From positions 28,058 through 92,057 of the forward strand of contig JBDHHR010000001.1 in the NCBI GenBank assembly GCA_039589295.1: a DNA stretch of 64,000 bases. Reading direction: 5' to 3'. Source of the DNA: Gemmatimonadota bacterium (lineage in GTDB: Bacteria; Gemmatimonadota; Gemmatimonadetes; Palauibacterales; Palauibacteraceae). The position numbers and the translations under genes are program-made. Under the pieces are notes generated by a model, which was given only the letters and a program-made list of their open reading frames with translations, ran no database searches and had not been told where the DNA came from. Below, in pieces: positions 59,548-64,000 of this stretch. Positions within the stretch are counted from its first letter, which is position 1. Each line of letters starts with the position of its first letter.

Positions 59548-60957
59548 TCAGTCCATCTGGCCGCCGCCCGGCCCGGAGGCACCCGTGGTGCGTTCGAGCA
59601 CCTCCGCGACCACCCTGGCCACGTCTGCTTCCTCTCCGGGCAGGATGGTCCTGAAGTCGACTCGGAACTCGTCGTCCTCTACGCGACCGATGAGCGGCGG
59701 ATCGAGTCGCCGGCACTCGGCGTCCAGCCTCGCAGGCGGCATTCCCTCGACGGCCCATCCGGCGGACTGAAACTCGATCTCGGGAAGAGCGCCGCCCCCT
59801 GCCAGCGAGGTGAGCGAGCGGACATGAACCAGGACGCGCAAGTGATCCGGGATCATCACCAGGGCAGCGCGCGCCCGGTTCTCCACCTCCGGGGCCGTCT
59901 CCGCCAGCATCCGGAGAGCGGGAATTCGAGTTACGGCACGTTCTGGATGGCGGTACAGCATCAGGGTGGCCTCCAGTGCCGCAAGGGTCATCTTGTCGAC
60001 CCTGAAAGCCCTCAGCAGAGGGTTTCCCCTCAGCCTGCCCAGTGCCGCGGCAGCCCCGTGGATGACACCAGCCTGGGGCCCTCCGAGCAGCTTGTCTCCA
60101 CTCCACGTTACCACTTCGACCCCAAGCCGGACCGAGTCCTGAGGTCGAGGCTCGCCGAGATTCGGCACGGGCAGCAGTTGCCCGGATCCGAGGTCGTGGA
60201 TCACCGGTATCCCCAGGTCACGCCCGAGGGCTACCAGGTCGGCCAGCGATGCCTCTTCAACAAAGCCCCTGACGCGGTAGTTCGATGGATGGACTCTCAG
60301 CAGGACGCCCGTCGACGGGGTCGCGGCGCGTCGGTAGTCCTCGATTCGGGTACGATTCGTGGTACCGACCTCCACCAGGTAGCCACCAGCTCGACGAACC
60401 ACATCCGGGACGCGGAACGAGCCTCCGATTTCCACCAGCTCGCCCCTGGACACGAGCACCTCTCGCCCGCTCGCCAGCTCGTTTATGGCGAGCGCTACCG
60501 CCGCCGCGTTGTTGTTCACCACCAGGGCATCCTCCGCCCCGGTGAGCTCCCGAACTAGCTCGACGCAGTGCGCGTAGCGGTCACCCCGCCCGCCCTCCGC
60601 CAGCTCGTACTCGAGGTTGCAGTACCGTCCGGCCACTGTCTGCACCGCTTCCAGCGCCTCGGACGCCAGGGGGGCACGACCCAGATTGGTGTGCAGCACC
60701 ACGCCCGTACCGTTCAGGACACCGCGCAGGCGTGCCCTGAAGGCCTTGTCGAGGTGGCGGCCGGCATCCGCCAGCAGCCGTTCATCGCCCGGGATGACAC
60801 CGTCGCGGGCCGCCTCTTCCCGGGCCCTGTTCAGGGCCGCCCGGAGTGCCTCCACCACCGCCGACCGGCCCCAGTCGCCGAGCCATCGCTCGGCCTGCGG
60901 GTTCCTCAGCAGGCTATCGACGGACGGGAGCCGGCGGCGGGGGTCTCTGCCCATCAC
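59548..60957 (-). CDS. selA: L-seryl-tRNA(Sec) selenium transferase
   Basis: LPSVD, VLNGTGVVLHTNLGRAPL, VNNNAAAV, SRGELVEIGGSFR, VGTTNRT, PLP-Lys motif SGDKLLGGPQAG. Confidence 0.95.
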   Translation of the reverse strand: MMGRDPRRRLPSVDSLLRNPQAERWLGDWGRSAVVEALRAALNRAREEAARDGVIPGDERLLADAGRHLDKAFRARLRGVLNGTGVVLHTNLGRAPLASEALEAVQTVAGRYCNLEYELAEGGRGDRYAHCVELVRELTGAEDALVVNNNAAAVALAINELASGREVLVSRGELVEIGGSFRVPDVVRRAGGYLVEVGTTNRTRIEDYRRAATPSTGVLLRVHPSNYRVRGFVEEASLADLVALGRDLGIPVIHDLGSGQLLPVPNLGEPRPQDSVRLGVEVVTWSGDKLLGGPQAGVIHGAAAALGRLRGNPLLRAFRVDKMTLAALEATLMLYRHPERAVTRIPALRMLAETAPEVENRARAALVMIPDHLRVLVHVRSLTSLAGGGALPEIEFQSAGWAVEGMPPARLDAECRRLDPPLIGRVEDDEFRVDFRTILPGEEADVARVVAEVLERTTGASGPGGGQMD

Positions 60958-62291
60958 AGGCCGTCCCCGGGAGGCACTCGCGAACCGGATACCGCCGGCT
61001 GCGGAGCCAAGGGCACTGAGTCCGGGCTGACGGCGGGCACCGAGTCCTGCGGCAGCTTCATCCGCAGCGAGTCGGCAGGCTCGCCAACCGCGAGCGAATC
61101 GGGAGGTGGCTCGTAGACGAAGGTCGTGTCTCCTCCGCCGATCAGGCCGCGCAGGTTAGTGAAGCCCCATGCCATTACGCCGTATTGCCCCTCACGGAGC
61201 GCTTGCTCCAGCTCGACGGTCACGAATTGCGTGGGCCGGTCACGGTCCAGTGGATCGGCGCGGGCCTCCCGGCCCGCAGGCGCTCGCAGGCTGTCCAGTC
61301 GGACGGCCGCAAGACTGTCCGCGACGGCAACTCTTACCAGGCTGTCCGTGTGCACCGGGGCCGTCGAGTCGGCGTCAGCCGGTGGGCCGGGGTCGGGTAG
61401 CCTCGAGCTCGGCAGGCCGATGCGGACGGCTTTCACTCCCCAGGCGTCGCCCGTATCCTGTTCGCGAACGCTGACCCTCACCGAATCGAGGGGCGCATCG
61501 GGCTCAAGCACATCGTCGAATTCGAGCGCGAGGCGCAGGCTGTCCACAGCCTCGACTTTGAAGAGCAGCGGCGGGGTGCTGTCGGGGTCCGTGAGCCAAA
61601 GGCGGACGTCCGCCCTGCCAGCACGGTCCTCCAGTACCATCAGGGTGCTGTCATTAGGCTCGAAGTCCCGGTCGAGCCGTAAATCCCGGTTCTGGTCCAC
61701 GAAACCGTAGACCCAGTACTCGCCCGGCGGAAGTGACGGCAGCCGGAACACTCCGCCCGTGTCGCTCACCGCTGTGTAGGGAACGGAATCGGCACCGAGA
61801 AACAGGACCCGACCGTCGTGGATTCCTGTCACACGCACCCGGTCGTACAGGTGGCCTTCAGCCCTCGTGTCCGTGATCTCGGGACCCGTGGAGAACAGGA
61901 GCTCGACCGCAGTGGTCGTTCGATTCCTCACGAGATCCGCCAGTCCGGGAGAGAACCTGAGGTAATACACAACCCCCTCGCGCCACCCGGACCGCGGTCG
62001 GATACGAAGGCGCGACCGGGAGGGCTTCACCTCGTAGATGCCAGCGGGTGACCCCACCAGCAGTCGCTCTGCCCCCCTGGGATCCGCCAGCGGCTCGTCG
62101 AACTGGACGTAGGCGTCTTCGTCGAGCCCGGGTGTAACCGCTCCGTGCTGAGGGTAGCGCTCAACGACTCGCGGGGGGACGAGGTCCGGCTCGGTCCCCG
62201 GTGGTGGTTCCACTCTGGCACAGCCAAGGACCCACAGGCCTGCGAGGAGTACCCGGCCGCCGACGGCCGGTCGCGGCGCTTTGAGGGCCAT
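60954..62291 (-). CDS. Lipoprotein with an Ig-like (Big_5-type) domain and a carboxypeptidase-regulatory-like domain
   Basis: Lipobox VLGC, PPPG..PD..PP.V, FDEPL, DLVRN, YGFVDQNRD; Pro/Asp/Ser-rich tail. Confidence 0.65.
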   Translation of the reverse strand: MALKAPRPAVGGRVLLAGLWVLGCARVEPPPGTEPDLVPPRVVERYPQHGAVTPGLDEDAYVQFDEPLADPRGAERLLVGSPAGIYEVKPSRSRLRIRPRSGWREGVVYYLRFSPGLADLVRNRTTTAVELLFSTGPEITDTRAEGHLYDRVRVTGIHDGRVLFLGADSVPYTAVSDTGGVFRLPSLPPGEYWVYGFVDQNRDLRLDRDFEPNDSTLMVLEDRAGRADVRLWLTDPDSTPPLLFKVEAVDSLRLALEFDDVLEPDAPLDSVRVSVREQDTGDAWGVKAVRIGLPSSRLPDPGPPADADSTAPVHTDSLVRVAVADSLAAVRLDSLRAPAGREARADPLDRDRPTQFVTVELEQALREGQYGVMAWGFTNLRGLIGGGDTTFVYEPPPDSLAVGEPADSLRMKLPQDSVPAVSPDSVPLAPQPAVSGSRVPPGDGL

Positions 62292-62294
62292 GGA

Positions 62295-64000
62295 TCAGTC
62301 TGCTTCGGCGAAGGCGGCCCGTTTCTCCCGCAAGCGCGCGTAACGCTCCTCGAGCGATCGGCGCTTGTCTCTTTCCCTCTCCACCACTGCATCCGGCGCC
62401 CGCTCCGTGAACGTCCGATCGTCCAAGCGCTTTCTGGCCTGATCCAGCTGTAGCTCCAGCTTTTCGATCTCGACGGCGAGCCGCGCCCGTTCCCTCTCCA
62501 GGTCGACCACATCCCGCAGCGGAAGAAAGATCTCGCTGCCCGACCGCATGACAGCGTGCGCGCCCGGCTCTCCCTGCGGAATCGCATCGGTCGCTGCAAG
62601 CGCCGCCAGTCCCGCCAGGCGAAGGGCCCCGGCCTCCTCGGTTTCGAGAGCCAGACCGAGTCCGGGGGACGCGTTGGCCACGATTACATCGATCTTCCGC
62701 GCGGGATCGACGCCGTACTCCGAGCGCAGATTGCGGACGAGGTTTGTGAGTTCCCTCAACTCGTCCAAGGCCTGCTCGGCCTCGGCGTCATGAAGGCTCG
62801 CCGGCGGTTCCGGCCACGGTCCGAAGAGCAGGGTGTCGTCGTCCGATCGCCCCGGCAGATGGCAGGCAAGCTCTTCGGTAATGAACGGCATAATGGGGTG
62901 CAGGAGACGTAGCCACCCATCCACTACGTAGGCCAGGCTCGTGGCCGCCGACAATCGGCTCTCCTCTCCACTCTCACCACGCAACCGCCCCTTCACCAGT
63001 TCGAGATACCAGTCGCAGAACTCGCTCCAAACGAACTGATATGCTGTCTCCGCCGCGTCGTGCAGCCGGAATCGCTCCAGGGCGTCGGTAACGGAAGCAG
63101 CCGCAGTCGCAAACCGACTGAGGATCCAGCGGTCCGTCAGCTCCAGGGAAGCTCGATCGGGAGGTCTCCGGAGGTCCTCCGCGGCGAGGTACGGCAACGT
63201 GAATCGGACCGCGTTCCACATCTTGTTGGTGAAGTTGCGGCCCACCCGGAACGCCCCTTCCAGGTCCTCGTTGTCGAGCTGGAGATCGGTCCCCAGGGCC
63301 GCCGCGTTCACCAGCGTATGGCGCATGGCGTCGGCCCCGAACAGCTCCACGACCTCCAGGGGGTCGATTCCGTTTCCCAGGGACTTGGACATTCGTCGTC
63401 CCCTGGCATCCCGGACGGTTCCGTGCAGAAGCACGTCCGTGAAGGGGAGATCGTCCATGAACTCGAGGCCCGCCATGACCATGCGTGCGACCCAGAAGAA
63501 CAGGATCTCGGGAGCGGTGCTCAGGGTCGTCGTAGGGTAGAACGTGTCCAGGTCAGCCGTACGGTCCGGCCAGCCGAGGGTACTGAAAGGCCACAGCCAG
63601 GAGCTGAACCAGGTGTCCAGGACGTCCGGGTCCTGCTCCACCGCACGACCGCAAGCGCGGCACTCCGCGGGCTCTTCCCTAGCCACCAGCACCTCTCCGC
63701 ACTCCTGGCAGTACCAGACAGGGATCCGGTGGCCCCACCAGAGCTGGCGGCTTATGCACCAATCCCGGACGTTCGTCATCCAGTGCTCGTAAGTGTTGCC
63801 GAACCGCTCTGGATGGAAGCGCAGCCTGCCTTCCCTGTACGCTTTCAGCGCCGGCTCGGCGAGTGGGGCCATACGGACGAACCACTGCAGGCTGAGACGC
63901 GGTTCCACCTCCGTGGCACAGCGGTAGCAGTGGCCTACCGCGTGGAGGTGATCCTCGATCCGCTCCAGCAGGCCCAGGCTCTTCAGGTCTTCCACCACTC
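62295..64000 (-). CDS. valS: Valyl-tRNA synthetase, C-terminal part (5' end outside the window)
   Basis: DWCISRQLWWGHRIP, DVLDTWFSS, FFWVARM, KMSKS-like RMSKSLGN, NKMWNA, C-terminal coiled coil. Confidence 0.97.
   Translation of the reverse strand, partial: VVEDLKSLGLLERIEDHLHAVGHCYRCATEVEPRLSLQWFVRMAPLAEPALKAYREGRLRFHPERFGNTYEHWMTNVRDWCISRQLWWGHRIPVWYCQECGEVLVAREEPAECRACGRAVEQDPDVLDTWFSSWLWPFSTLGWPDRTADLDTFYPTTTLSTAPEILFFWVARMVMAGLEFMDDLPFTDVLLHGTVRDARGRRMSKSLGNGIDPLEVVELFGADAMRHTLVNAAALGTDLQLDNEDLEGAFRVGRNFTNKMWNAVRFTLPYLAAEDLRRPPDRASLELTDRWILSRFATAAASVTDALERFRLHDAAETAYQFVWSEFCDWYLELVKGRLRGESGEESRLSAATSLAYVVDGWLRLLHPIMPFITEELACHLPGRSDDDTLLFGPWPEPPASLHDAEAEQALDELRELTNLVRNLRSEYGVDPARKIDVIVANASPGLGLALETEEAGALRLAGLAALAATDAIPQGEPGAHAVMRSGSEIFLPLRDVVDLERERARLAVEIEKLELQLDQARKRLDDRTFTERAPDAVVERERDKRRSLEERYARLREKRAAFAEAD

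Overview
High-GC bacterial chromosomal window with no mobile element, CRISPR array, rRNA or recognisable tRNA. Gene content and order suggest Gemmatimonadota (inference). Left part, minus strand: a cobalamin-riboswitch-led corrinoid uptake operon (btuF-btuC-btuD-TonB receptor-beta-propeller lipoprotein, then the start of recO). A long housekeeping run follows: rnz-aroA-cmk, rpsA, an LppC-like lipoprotein, pccB-accC-BCCP-methylmalonyl-CoA mutase, argS-purM-ribD/E/BA/H-nusB, GT4, hpf-hprK-mannose-family PTS IIA/B/C/D-HPr-EI, metK-ahcY-DUF151. The middle accessory block (37.4-53 kb) holds a degenerate GGDEF protein with an intact RxxD I-site and three novel-looking helical repeats, an orphan E1-alpha, a flippase-like protein, a 58-aa Zn-ribbon membrane protein missed by the ORF track, a small lipoprotein, and a Flp/Tad pilus locus ending in DUF192 and a second, AAA+-type ATPase. 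Right part, minus strand: valS (partial), an Ig-like lipoprotein, selA, a strand-asymmetric ~145-nt structured RNA candidate, purN-purH, and a caa3-type cytochrome c oxidase operon. Best leads: a possible c-di-GMP-linked Tad pilus variant with an extra AAA+ motor, a BtuG-like B12 lipoprotein outside Bacteroidota, and the unclassified structured RNA before purN. All calls come from reading the sequence and motifs; no database searches were run.
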